Source of the DNA: an uncultured Bacilli bacterium
GTDB taxonomy: Bacteria > Bacillota_I > Bacilli_A > RF39 > UBA660
Direction of reading: 5' to 3'
Assembly (NCBI GenBank): GCA_947628345.1
Contig: CANQZM010000002.1
Location: 1-61,015 of the forward strand
DNA: 61,015 nucleotides
Made by a program: the position numbers and the translations under genes. This document shows positions 10,571 to 19,261 of this stretch, piece by piece. How positions within the stretch are numbered: position 1 is the stretch's first letter; each line of letters opens with the position of its first letter. The notes beneath the pieces were generated by a model. The model made no database searches. It saw only the letters and a list, made by a program, of their open reading frames with translations, and was not told the origin of the DNA.

Positions 10571-10593
10571 AAATATAATAAAGGAGAATTTAG

Positions 10594-11154
10594 ATGAATT
10601 ATATTTTATGGATTGTTATTGCAATAGTTATACTACTTATATTATATGTTGTAATAAGTTATAATCAATTGGTCAAATTAAATAATGAAACAAAAGAAGG
10701 ATTTGCTACTATGGATGTATATTTGAAAAAAAGATGGGATTTAATTCCTAACATAGTTGAAGTAGTTAAGGGTTATGCTAAACACGAAAAAGATACATTA
10801 AAAGAAGTAGTAGAAATCAGAAATAGTGTTAAATCTTATGATAAATTATCTGATGAACAAAAAATTAAAACTAATGAGGAAATTGCTGGTGGTATTACAA
10901 AATTAATGGCATTAGCTGAGGCTTATCCTGATTTAAAAGCTAATGAAAATTTTCTAAGCTTACAACAATCATTAAGTGGAATTGAAGATGAAATAGCTCA
11001 ATCAAGAAAATATTATAATGCAGTAGTTAGAAATTATAATAATAAAGTCGAAATGATACCAAGTAATATTGTTGCTAAAATGCTAGGATATAAAACAAAA
11101 GCCATGTTTGAAGCAACTGAAGCAGAGCGAGCAAATGTCAAGGTGAAGATGTAA
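10594..11154 (+). CDS. lemA: LemA family protein
   Basis: N-terminal TM segment followed by the typical LemA pattern (YNQLVKLNNE..., QSRKYYNAVVRNYNNKVEMIPSNIVA). Confidence 0.85.
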   Translation: MNYILWIVIAIVILLILYVVISYNQLVKLNNETKEGFATMDVYLKKRWDLIPNIVEVVKGYAKHEKDTLKEVVEIRNSVKSYDKLSDEQKIKTNEEIAGGITKLMALAEAYPDLKANENFLSLQQSLSGIEDEIAQSRKYYNAVVRNYNNKVEMIPSNIVAKMLGYKTKAMFEATEAERANVKVKM

Positions 11155-13301
11155 TGGCAAAAATATCCAAAATTGGAAATTTTATTGGGTACATTTGGGC
11201 ATTTATTATGTTCTTTGGTGTCCTTATAATGGGACTTGAAGAATTATTTGGTGATGATGTTAGTACCCAACAAACTGCTGATGGTTTTACAATTTCTTCT
11301 TATAATGTTGTGTTAGATGTAGGAGAAGATAATAAAATAGATGTTACCGAAAATATCACTGTTGATTGGTATGATGCACATCATCATGGCATCTATAAAT
11401 TTACCCCTTTATGGTTACAATATACTGATAAAAAAGGAGATACTATAAAAAGAAAAGCAAATATATCTAATTATCGTGCAGTTGGAGAAGTATATACCTT
11501 AGATACAGTAAAAAAGAAAGCAAGAATTAAAATTGGTGATGCTAACCAGTATGTAGAAGAAGGAGAAAAAACATATGTAATTAAGTATACATATGATATG
11601 GGTAAAGATCCTTATAAGGGATTTGATGAATTGATATTCCATGCCTATGGTGATTATTGGGGAACTGCAATAAAAAATGCTTCAGTTCAGGTAAATATGC
11701 CTAAAAATATTGAAGGATATAAAGTAAATTTCTTTACTGATAAATTTAGGAAAGAAGATGCTACAGATGTTGTTGATTATTCTATAAGTGGGAATACTTT
11801 GTATGCTTATTTTAATGAAGAGAAAAATTATCAAAAACAATTAAAAGACTATTGTAGTGATGAATGGAATCAAAATGAAGGTGGAACTTGTAATAAAGAA
11901 GACTTTGATTTATACTATAAACCATTAAAGGAATCTTTAACGTTAGATATAGAATTACCAGAAGGATATTTTGTGGGTGGTAGTTGGAATTATGGCTGGG
12001 GTTCTTTCATTATTTCAATGATCATATTTTTATTAACTGGATGGACCATTTATAAATGGATTAAGTATGGTAAAGATTACCCCAAAAAAGCTCAAACAGT
12101 TGAATTTTATCCACCGGATAATTTAAATGCTGCTGAAATTGGTTATGTATTTAACAAAAGACAAGCAAGCAAAAAATTTACAATTGCTTTAATTATTCAA
12201 TTAGCAAGTAAAGGATATATAAAAATAGATAATTTAAAAGATAAGGGTAATAATATTCAAATAACTAATTTAATTATAAAACCAAAAAAATTAGAAGATT
12301 TTGAAAAAACATTACCAAAACGACAAATAGAAGTAAAAAAATTAAAAGATGCTGATAATAATTTAAATCAAGCAGAAAATACTATGATGAGTTATCTATT
12401 TAAGAAAAGTAATACGAAATTATTAGAAACTAATATAGATAAATTCTTAGTTGTTAGAGATAAACTAGTAAGCGAAGGTTATATAGAAATTATTAATGAT
12501 AATGAGGAAGCAAGACTAAAAGATATAGAAGAGAAAAAATTAGCTTACGATAAGCAAGTTGAACAATATAATAAAAATATGGAAAAATACGCAGGAGAAT
12601 CAGCTAAATTACCAGAACTATCAAGTATGGAAGAAATTGTATATAATAGATTGTTTAATGATAATGACGTAATAATTTTAAGTGAGCATCATACTTTTTA
12701 TAGAGCTTTTGATGAAGTGTCTTCAAAATTAGATAGTAGCTTTAAAAATAAGGTTCATGATAGCAAAGCATCAAAACAAATTTATGGAGCTATTTTTAGA
12801 AGTATACTTATTTTAGTATTGAGCATAATTTCTTATAGATATGTAGAAGACTTAGATCCAAACTGGAGTATGTTATACTATTTAGCATTTATATGTAATT
12901 TTATAAATTTATTCTTTATGATATTTATGAAAAGAAAGACTGAATATGGTGAATATATTACAGCCAAAGTTAAAGGTTTTAGACATTTCTTAGTTACAGC
13001 TGAAAAGCCAAAATTAGAGGCATTGGTTGCTGAAAATCCACAATATTTTTATAATATTCTTCCATATACGTATGCTATGAATATCTCTAAAAAGTGGATA
13101 AAAAAATTTGAAAATATACCAATTCCTGAAATGGATATGGGAACATTTAACTATAATAGTAGTTATGCTTATTATACTTTATATGATAATGTATATTATC
13201 CTGAACCTGTTCATTCTTCAAGTAGTTGTTCTTCTTGTGGAGGAGGTTGTTCTTCTTGTGGAGGAGGTTGCTCTTCTTGTGGTGGTGGCGGTTCTTGGTA
13301 A
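11154..13301 (+). CDS. DUF2207-family polytopic membrane protein with a Cys/Ser/Gly-rich C-terminal tail
   Basis: ATG overlaps the lemA stop (TAATG). DUF2207-like N-domain (FTISSYNVVLDVGEDNKIDVTENITVDWYDAHHHGIYKF), about 4 TM segments, and the tail SSSCSSCGGGCSSCGGGCSSCGGGGSW. Confidence 0.8.
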   Translation: MAKISKIGNFIGYIWAFIMFFGVLIMGLEELFGDDVSTQQTADGFTISSYNVVLDVGEDNKIDVTENITVDWYDAHHHGIYKFTPLWLQYTDKKGDTIKRKANISNYRAVGEVYTLDTVKKKARIKIGDANQYVEEGEKTYVIKYTYDMGKDPYKGFDELIFHAYGDYWGTAIKNASVQVNMPKNIEGYKVNFFTDKFRKEDATDVVDYSISGNTLYAYFNEEKNYQKQLKDYCSDEWNQNEGGTCNKEDFDLYYKPLKESLTLDIELPEGYFVGGSWNYGWGSFIISMIIFLLTGWTIYKWIKYGKDYPKKAQTVEFYPPDNLNAAEIGYVFNKRQASKKFTIALIIQLASKGYIKIDNLKDKGNNIQITNLIIKPKKLEDFEKTLPKRQIEVKKLKDADNNLNQAENTMMSYLFKKSNTKLLETNIDKFLVVRDKLVSEGYIEIINDNEEARLKDIEEKKLAYDKQVEQYNKNMEKYAGESAKLPELSSMEEIVYNRLFNDNDVIILSEHHTFYRAFDEVSSKLDSSFKNKVHDSKASKQIYGAIFRSILILVLSIISYRYVEDLDPNWSMLYYLAFICNFINLFFMIFMKRKTEYGEYITAKVKGFRHFLVTAEKPKLEALVAENPQYFYNILPYTYAMNISKKWIKKFENIPIPEMDMGTFNYNSSYAYYTLYDNVYYPEPVHSSSSCSSCGGGCSSCGGGCSSCGGGGSW
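13227..13289 (+). repeat. 3 x 21-bp in-frame tandem repeat encoding CSSCGGG
   Basis: tgttcttcttgtggaggaggt occurs twice exactly (13227-13247 and 13248-13268). A diverged third copy, tgctcttcttgtggtggtggc, lies at 13269-13289. Confidence 0.9.
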
Positions 13302-14293
13302 AAAGATTTGTTTTACAATGGCATCTTAGTGAAAACTGTAATTTAAAATGTTTGCATTGCTACCAAGAATCTCATAAACCGATTCAATTAAAATATGAAG
13401 AGTTAGTTGAGATATATAATCAATTTAAAGAATTGTTAAATAAATTAAAGATGAAAGGCCATATAAATATAACGGGTGGAGAGCCATTATGTAATCCGCA
13501 TTTATTTAAAATTTTAGATCTTATAAAAAAAGATCAAGACTTAATTACTTTTTCAATACTTACAAATGGTACTTTAGTTACTGAAGATATGGCTAAAAAA
13601 ATAAAAGGTTATAATCCTTATTATGTTCAGGTAAGTTTGGAAGGTGGCAAAAAAACAAATAATTATATTAGAGGTAAAGGTACTTATGAAAAAATTGCAA
13701 AGGGAATTGTAAATTTAAGAAATCAAGATATTTTTACCTCTATCTCCTTTACTGCTACTAAATTAAATTATAAAGAATTTCCTAAAGTTATTAAATATGC
13801 AAGAAAATATAATGTTAATAATGTTTGGTCAGATAGATATATTCCACTAGGTGATTCTGAGGATAAAAATCTTACTTTAAATTATGAAGAAACTAGAGAG
13901 TATTTATCTATAATGAATAAAGAAAGAAACAAATTAAAAAAAATAAAAAATAATATTACTACAATATCAATGTATAGAGCCTTGCAGTTTCAAATGACTA
14001 ATGATTTTGCTTATGGTTGTACAGCTGGAGATACTTTATTAACAGTTATGGAAAATGGTAATTTAGTTCCTTGTAGAAGAATGCCAATAGTAGTAGGTAA
14101 CTTATTTGAAAACAGTATGTATAATTTATATAAAAATAATAAATTGTTAAAAGAATTAAGAAAAAAGAAGATTCCAACTGACTGTTTGGATTGTGAACAT
14201 GCTGAAATGTGTCATGGAGGATTAAAGTGCCTAACTTATGCAATATATAAAGATTTAAATCATAAAGATGTTGGCTGTAATATAAATAATTAA
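13295..14293 (+). CDS. Radical SAM enzyme with a SPASM/twitch-type C-terminal Cys cluster
   Basis: CNLKCLHC (CxxxCxxC) in VLQWHLSENCNLKCLHCY. C-terminal CTAGDTLLTVMENGNLVPC (G-x4-C) plus CLDCEHAEMCHGGLKC. The likely start is TTG 13295, behind GGTGGTGG and overlapping the DUF2207 stop. The 13226 track start is only the Cys/Gly repeat read in another frame. Confidence 0.85.
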   Translation: MVKRFVLQWHLSENCNLKCLHCYQESHKPIQLKYEELVEIYNQFKELLNKLKMKGHINITGGEPLCNPHLFKILDLIKKDQDLITFSILTNGTLVTEDMAKKIKGYNPYYVQVSLEGGKKTNNYIRGKGTYEKIAKGIVNLRNQDIFTSISFTATKLNYKEFPKVIKYARKYNVNNVWSDRYIPLGDSEDKNLTLNYEETREYLSIMNKERNKLKKIKNNITTISMYRALQFQMTNDFAYGCTAGDTLLTVMENGNLVPCRRMPIVVGNLFENSMYNLYKNNKLLKELRKKKIPTDCLDCEHAEMCHGGLKCLTYAIYKDLNHKDVGCNINN

Positions 14294-14404
14294 TTACTAG
14301 TAATTGTAAAAATATGTAAATTTATGTTAAAAATAGTAAAGATAGTTGATTAATAGTAATGATAATGGTATAGTGTTTTATATAGTAAAGGATAAGGTGA
14401 TAAG

Positions 14405-15277
14405 ATGAAAAAAATAGGTTTATCTATAGTTTTATTGGTGTTAAGTTTTATGCTTATACCTAATGTAAATGCTGCAGATATGGTTCAAAATCCGAATGTT
14501 ACTGTAAAAAATTGTGCTAAAGGTGAAAGTGTTTGCTCATATGGAGATTATAATGAACCACGAATAAGATTAGCAGCAGGAACAACAGTTTCATTGAAAG
14601 TACATTCTACTGATAATAATCAACAAGAGTTGTTTGTATTACTTGATGATAATGAAACTTTGACGTTAGTAATAAATGATGCTGCAAATGCATCAAGTTC
14701 ATCAAATGTTGATAGTACGTTGTCGTATTATGCATCAAATTGGGATAATGTAAATAATTTAAAAACAAAATATGCAGATTATAGTGTAGGAATAACAACT
14801 AGAGCAAGGGCACTATTCTCAACAGAATATGATGATTTTTATAACATGATTACTACAAAAGCAAATAACGTTGATGAAATTGTAAAATTTAGTGGAGGCA
14901 AACAATATTGGGTTATAGCAAATAAGAGTGCTTTACAATTAACAGAAGGAGGTACAGGACAATCAGGAGTAGTTTTGGGTATTGTTGAAGTACCAAAATA
15001 TGTTGATAAAGATACTATTTCAGGGTCTGGTAGTACTACAACACCCGGAGGAAGTACGGAAATATCTCCAGGTGGTTCTGGAAATAATCCAAATGGATCA
15101 ACAAGCACAAATCCTAACAATTCAGGAAAAGGAAAAACAGGGGATCAAGTTGTAAATGTTGATGATACATCTAAAGGAGTATATTTATTATATATTGTTG
15201 GTAGTGTTGTTTTGATTTGTGGTATTATGTTTATAGTTCAAGCATATAAAAAGGTAGAAAATGAAGTTAATTTGTAA
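14405..15277 (+). CDS. Secreted surface protein with a G/S/T/P/N-rich stalk and a C-terminal TM anchor
   Basis: Signal peptide MKKIGLSIVLLVLSFMLIPNVNA, low-complexity stalk SGSGSTTTPGGSTEISPGGSGNNPNGS, and C-terminal TM VYLLYIVGSVVLICGIMFIV. No LPXTG motif. Confidence 0.6.
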   Translation: MKKIGLSIVLLVLSFMLIPNVNAADMVQNPNVTVKNCAKGESVCSYGDYNEPRIRLAAGTTVSLKVHSTDNNQQELFVLLDDNETLTLVINDAANASSSSNVDSTLSYYASNWDNVNNLKTKYADYSVGITTRARALFSTEYDDFYNMITTKANNVDEIVKFSGGKQYWVIANKSALQLTEGGTGQSGVVLGIVEVPKYVDKDTISGSGSTTTPGGSTEISPGGSGNNPNGSTSTNPNNSGKGKTGDQVVNVDDTSKGVYLLYIVGSVVLICGIMFIVQAYKKVENEVNL

Positions 15278-15285
15278 TATTTTAG

Positions 15286-15312
15286 TTGCTAAAATACAAA
15301 AATTGTTATAAT
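15286..15312 (+). promoter_or_regulatory. Candidate promoter of the ABC-F leader
   Basis: TTGCTA (15286-15291), then the extended -10 TGtTATAAT (TG 15304-15305, TATAAT 15307-15312). Confidence 0.45.
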
Positions 15313-15334
15313 ATAGTCAGGAGGAGTGATTACT

Positions 15335-15388
15335 ATGTTTAGTATAAATCATGTTATCATGTATACAGTAGTAGTCACACCTGTCTAA
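15335..15388 (+). CDS. 17-aa leader peptide MFSINHVIMYTVVVTPV upstream of the ABC-F gene
   Basis: AGGAGG RBS 7 nt upstream. Its last codons form the left arm of the first terminator hairpin. Confidence 0.55.
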   Translation: MFSINHVIMYTVVVTPV

Positions 15389-15469
15389 ACTAAAATCGAA
15401 AATAGTAAGCAGGTGTGAGTTTTTGTCGTGCCTGCATCCTGACCATATGGGATGCTCTATATGGTTTTT
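15376..15469 (+). promoter_or_regulatory. Ribosome-dependent transcription attenuator (two terminators plus competing hairpins)
   Basis: TCACACCTG (15376-15384) pairs with CAGGTGTGA (15410-15418) and is followed by a T run. GCATCC (15434-15439) pairs with GGATGC (15450-15455), which excludes CCATAT (15443-15448) / ATATGG (15459-15464) + TTTTT. Confidence 0.6.
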
Positions 15470-15496
15470 ATTTGTAATAAAAAAGGAGAAATTACT

Positions 15497-17125
15497 ATGA
15501 TAGATATAAGTTTAAATAATATAACTAAAAATTATGGATCAGAAGAGGTGTTAAAAAATATATCTCTTGATATTCATAGAGGCGAAATTGTTTCTTTAAT
15601 AGGTGCTAATGGTACTGGTAAATCTACTATATTAAAATTAATTATGAAAATTGAAACTCCTACTTTTGGAACAATTTCTATTAGAAAAAATGCCACTATT
15701 GGGTATTTAAGTCAATTAACTTCAATTGAAAACGAAAATATTAAAGTAAAAGACATTTTATATGAAAGTGCTACTAATATAGTTGATATGGCTAAACAAT
15801 TAAAAAAATATGAAGAAAAAATGAATGATTTAAGCAATAAAAATTTGGAAAAAATAATTACAAAATATACTAATTTACAAGAACAATTTATAAGTTTAGG
15901 TGGATATGAACTTAATGAAAAAATTAATAAAATAGTTAAAGGATTTAAAATAGAACATTTATTAGATTTATATTATAATACTTTATCTGGTGGTGAAAAA
16001 AGAATTGTTGAAATGGCATCTCTAATAATCAAAAATCCTGATATCTTACTTTTAGATGAACCTACTAACTATTTAGATATTGATACCTTAGAATGGTTGG
16101 AAAAGTTTCTAAAAAATTATCAAGGAACAATTCTTTTAGTGTCACATGATCGCTATTTTCTTGATAAAATATCTAATAAAATAGTTTTGATTGATAATGG
16201 TAAATTAGATATTTATTATGGAAATTATACTTATTTTTTAGAAGAAAACGAAAAAAGGATAATGTTAGAGTTTAAAAATTATAAAGATCAACAGCATCAA
16301 ATCCAAGCTATGAAACAAAGTATCAAGAAGTTAAGAGAATTTGGTAATATTTCTAATAATGAAATCTTTTATAAAAGAGCTAAGTCTATTGAAAAAAGAT
16401 TAGAAAAACTGGAAAAATTTGATAAACCTAAAGAAAAAATACCAATACCTTTACAACTTAATTTAGGTAATAGATCAGGAAAAGATGTTTTAACAATAAA
16501 TCATTTAAATATCAATTTTTTGGATAATATTATTTATGATGATGCTAGTTTAACTATAAAGTATCAAGAACATGTATGTTTATTAGGAAAAAATGGTAGT
16601 GGTAAAAGTACATTAATAAAAGAAATATTAAAGTTATCAGATAATATTAAATTAGGAACTAATGTAAATATAGGTTATATTCCTCAAGAAATTACTTTTG
16701 ATAATAATAAAACAATTTATGAAATTGCTAGGGCTAGTTTTGATGGAGACGAATCTCATCTTAGAAGTGCTTTAGCAAAATTTATGTTTACAAAAAATAT
16801 GATTTATAAAAAGATATCGCAATTATCAGGAGGGGAAAAGGTTAGACTTAAGCTATTTTGCTTAATGCAACAAAATATTAATTTTTTAATATTAGATGAA
16901 CCTACTAATCATATAGATATAACAACACGTGAAATCTTAGAAGATACTTTAACTAATTATGAGGGAACTATTCTATTTGTATCACATGATAGAAGTTTTA
17001 TTAATAAGATTGCTACTAAAATTATCAATATTCAAAATAAAAAACTAGTTGAGTATATTGGAAATTATGATGACTATAAAAATTTAAAAAATAGAGAAAT
17101 TAGTAATAAAAAAACATCAATTTAA
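15497..17125 (+). CDS. ABC-F family ATPase, probably of the ARE (ribosome-protection) type
   Basis: Two ABC cassettes (GANGTGKST/LSGGEK/LLLDEPTN and GKNGSGKST/LSGGEK/LILDEPTN), no TM segments, and a long charged interdomain linker. ATG 15497 follows AAAGGAG; the track start at 15452 lies inside the attenuator. Confidence 0.85.
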   Translation: MIDISLNNITKNYGSEEVLKNISLDIHRGEIVSLIGANGTGKSTILKLIMKIETPTFGTISIRKNATIGYLSQLTSIENENIKVKDILYESATNIVDMAKQLKKYEEKMNDLSNKNLEKIITKYTNLQEQFISLGGYELNEKINKIVKGFKIEHLLDLYYNTLSGGEKRIVEMASLIIKNPDILLLDEPTNYLDIDTLEWLEKFLKNYQGTILLVSHDRYFLDKISNKIVLIDNGKLDIYYGNYTYFLEENEKRIMLEFKNYKDQQHQIQAMKQSIKKLREFGNISNNEIFYKRAKSIEKRLEKLEKFDKPKEKIPIPLQLNLGNRSGKDVLTINHLNINFLDNIIYDDASLTIKYQEHVCLLGKNGSGKSTLIKEILKLSDNIKLGTNVNIGYIPQEITFDNNKTIYEIARASFDGDESHLRSALAKFMFTKNMIYKKISQLSGGEKVRLKLFCLMQQNINFLILDEPTNHIDITTREILEDTLTNYEGTILFVSHDRSFINKIATKIINIQNKKLVEYIGNYDDYKNLKNREISNKKTSI

Positions 17126-17141
17126 ATTATAATTGATGTTT

Positions 17142-17699
17142 TTAAATAGGTCTATATTTATCACTATCTTTAAAAGGGTTTTGTTTATCAATATGATCAT
17201 AAAATAGTATTCCATTTAAATGATCAATTTCATGTTGAAAGGCAATGGCTAATTCTTCACGAGCTCTTACTCTTATTTTATTACCTTTTTCATTATATCC
17301 TTCAACAGTTACTCTAGCATATCTTGGGACAATTCCTTCTACATCACGATTGACACTTAAACAACCTTCGCCCATTTCTACGTAAATTTTTTCTTCAGAT
17401 GTACTAATGATTTTAGGATTAATTAATACATAATTTTCAAATTTACCTTCTTCATATTCATTAACAACTACAAAATATCGTTTAGCAATTCCCAATTGAA
17501 TCGCAGACATTCCCATACCTGGACGTAGGTTATATTCTTCAGCTAATTCCTCAATTTGACTATTAGTTAGGTATTCTAGCATATCTTTAATATTTTGTTG
17601 ATCTTCTTTAGTAAGTGGGAAAACAACATCTTTACTGATATTACGTAGTCTTTTATCTTTCTCATCTAGTATATCTTTCATTTTTAACACAACAATCAC
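17142..17699 (-). CDS. def: Peptide deformylase
   Basis: Motifs GMSAIQLG, EGCLSV and QHEIDHLNG. The start is uncertain (GTG 17699, or the ATG six codons downstream). Confidence 0.9.
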   Translation of the reverse strand: MIVVLKMKDILDEKDKRLRNISKDVVFPLTKEDQQNIKDMLEYLTNSQIEELAEEYNLRPGMGMSAIQLGIAKRYFVVVNEYEEGKFENYVLINPKIISTSEEKIYVEMGEGCLSVNRDVEGIVPRYARVTVEGYNEKGNKIRVRAREELAIAFQHEIDHLNGILFYDHIDKQNPFKDSDKYRPI

Positions 17700-17756
17700 C
17701 CCAATTGCCCATATTATACTAAAAAAAAAGAAAAAAGAAAAGTCTTTTTTCTAAGT

Positions 17757-17918
17757 TTATTGTGCCCAACGTGTTCCAATCACGATAACTAATAAAATAA
17801 ATAATACTAAAATAATTGCATAAATAGAGCTATTATTGTTATTACCACAACAACTATTTTGGTAATACATTTGTGGATATGAGTTTTGACAACATGATCC
17901 ACCACCATAGTAATACAT
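17757..17918 (-). CDS. Unlisted 53-aa Cys-rich tiny TM protein, YjcZ-like
   Basis: GGAGG lies 8 nt before the ATG. Product: MYYYGGGSCCQNSYPQMYYQNSCCGNNNNSSIYAIILVLFILLVIVIGTRWAQ. The AIILVLFILLVIVIG core matches the tiny-TM YjcZ-type pattern. It falls below the ORF-track size cutoff. Confidence 0.6.
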   Translation of the reverse strand: MYYYGGGSCCQNSYPQMYYQNSCCGNNNNSSIYAIILVLFILLVIVIGTRWAQ

Positions 17919-18054
17919 ATGATTAGCCTCCTTTACTTAATCTATTATAGGTTATGTAAAATGTTAAATAATGTTAATTAAATTTACCTAAAAGAAATTT
18001 TCTATAAAGTTAGAGCAATTTTATGATATTATAAGAATAGAAAGGATAGGTTCT

Positions 18055-19206
18055 ATGAGCACAAGGAAAAATAAAAAGGTTTTAAAATATTTAGATAAAC
18101 CCCTTTTAATAGCTACACTCTTGTTATTTATAATAGGTCTTATTATGGTGTTTTCATCATCTAACGTAGTTGCTTATATGTCTAGAGCTGTTAGTCCTTA
18201 TAACTACTTTGTAAAACAAGCTATATTTTTAATCATGGGAGCTATTATTTTTTTCATTATGATTAGGTTTAATTCTAAGGCCTATGGTATTTTTTCTTGG
18301 ATTTTATTATTAATTATAATCGCAAGTTTGATTATTTTATTAATATATGGAAAAGCAACTAATAATGCAGTTAGTTGGTTTGATTTTGGTCCCTTTAGTT
18401 TTCAACCTAGTGAATTTATTAAGGTTATATTTATTGTTTGGATGGCTAGGTTTTATGAGACTAAAGAAAAGAAGTTAAAAAGCTATACAAATAGTTTATT
18501 TCCGTTAGGTGTAGCTTTTGCAATAGCTCTTTTGATTATGCTTCAACCAGATTTAGGAACTACTATCATTTTTTTGGTAATTGTTTTTTCTATATTTTTA
18601 TCATCTCCTGTTTCAAAAGCTATTAAAGCTAAAACAATATTTGGTTTATTTGGATTAGTAGGAGTTATGGGCTTAGTTGTAGTTTCAACAGGAAATAATG
18701 TTTTACTAGAACGTCAAGCTTCTCGTTTTGATTTTAAAGATCCTTGTTCAAAACTATTAACTAGTGGATCACAAGTTTGTAATGGTTATATCGCAATTAA
18801 TAATGGAGGATTAACTGGTGTTGGACTAGGCAATTCTACTCAAAAATATTTATATTTACCAGAACCATATACAGACTTTATCTTTGCAATTATAGTAGAG
18901 GAGATGGGTGCACTTTTTGGTGCAGGTATAATTTTATTATATATGTTTGTTTTATATCGAATATTGATAATAGGTAGAAGAAGTTATACCAATCGAGGAG
19001 CAATGATATGTTATGGTGTAGCTGTCTATATTTTCTGTCATATATCAATTAATTTATTAGGATTATTTGGACTTATTCCTTTAACTGGAGTACCATTACC
19101 TTTTATGAGTTATGGAGGATCATTTACAATTTGTTTAATCGCTGCTTTAACTTTTGTTCAAAGAATAGCTGTTGAAAATAAAGTAAGAGATAATTTAAGA
19201 AAATAA
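18055..19206 (+). CDS. SEDS family protein (FtsW/RodA/SpoVE)
   Basis: About 10 TM segments, with FQPSEFIKV, LQPDLGT, LPEPYTDFIFA and PLPFMSYGGS. Confidence 0.85.
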   Translation: MSTRKNKKVLKYLDKPLLIATLLLFIIGLIMVFSSSNVVAYMSRAVSPYNYFVKQAIFLIMGAIIFFIMIRFNSKAYGIFSWILLLIIIASLIILLIYGKATNNAVSWFDFGPFSFQPSEFIKVIFIVWMARFYETKEKKLKSYTNSLFPLGVAFAIALLIMLQPDLGTTIIFLVIVFSIFLSSPVSKAIKAKTIFGLFGLVGVMGLVVVSTGNNVLLERQASRFDFKDPCSKLLTSGSQVCNGYIAINNGGLTGVGLGNSTQKYLYLPEPYTDFIFAIIVEEMGALFGAGIILLYMFVLYRILIIGRRSYTNRGAMICYGVAVYIFCHISINLLGLFGLIPLTGVPLPFMSYGGSFTICLIAALTFVQRIAVENKVRDNLRK

Positions 19207-19261
19207 TTTAAAAACTAAGAAATTACCTTCTTTTTGTCTAATAATAAATTAGGAGGTAATT

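Noticed and set aside
13108-13329. Alternative-frame ORFs across the DUF2207 tail (13108-13329), and the N-terminal extension of the radical SAM ORF starting at 13226 (MFFLWRRLFFLWRRL...).
   Set aside because: They are the 21-bp Cys/Gly tandem repeat read in other frames. The radical SAM homology only begins at VLQWHLSENCNLKC, and a TTG with an RBS is available at 13295.
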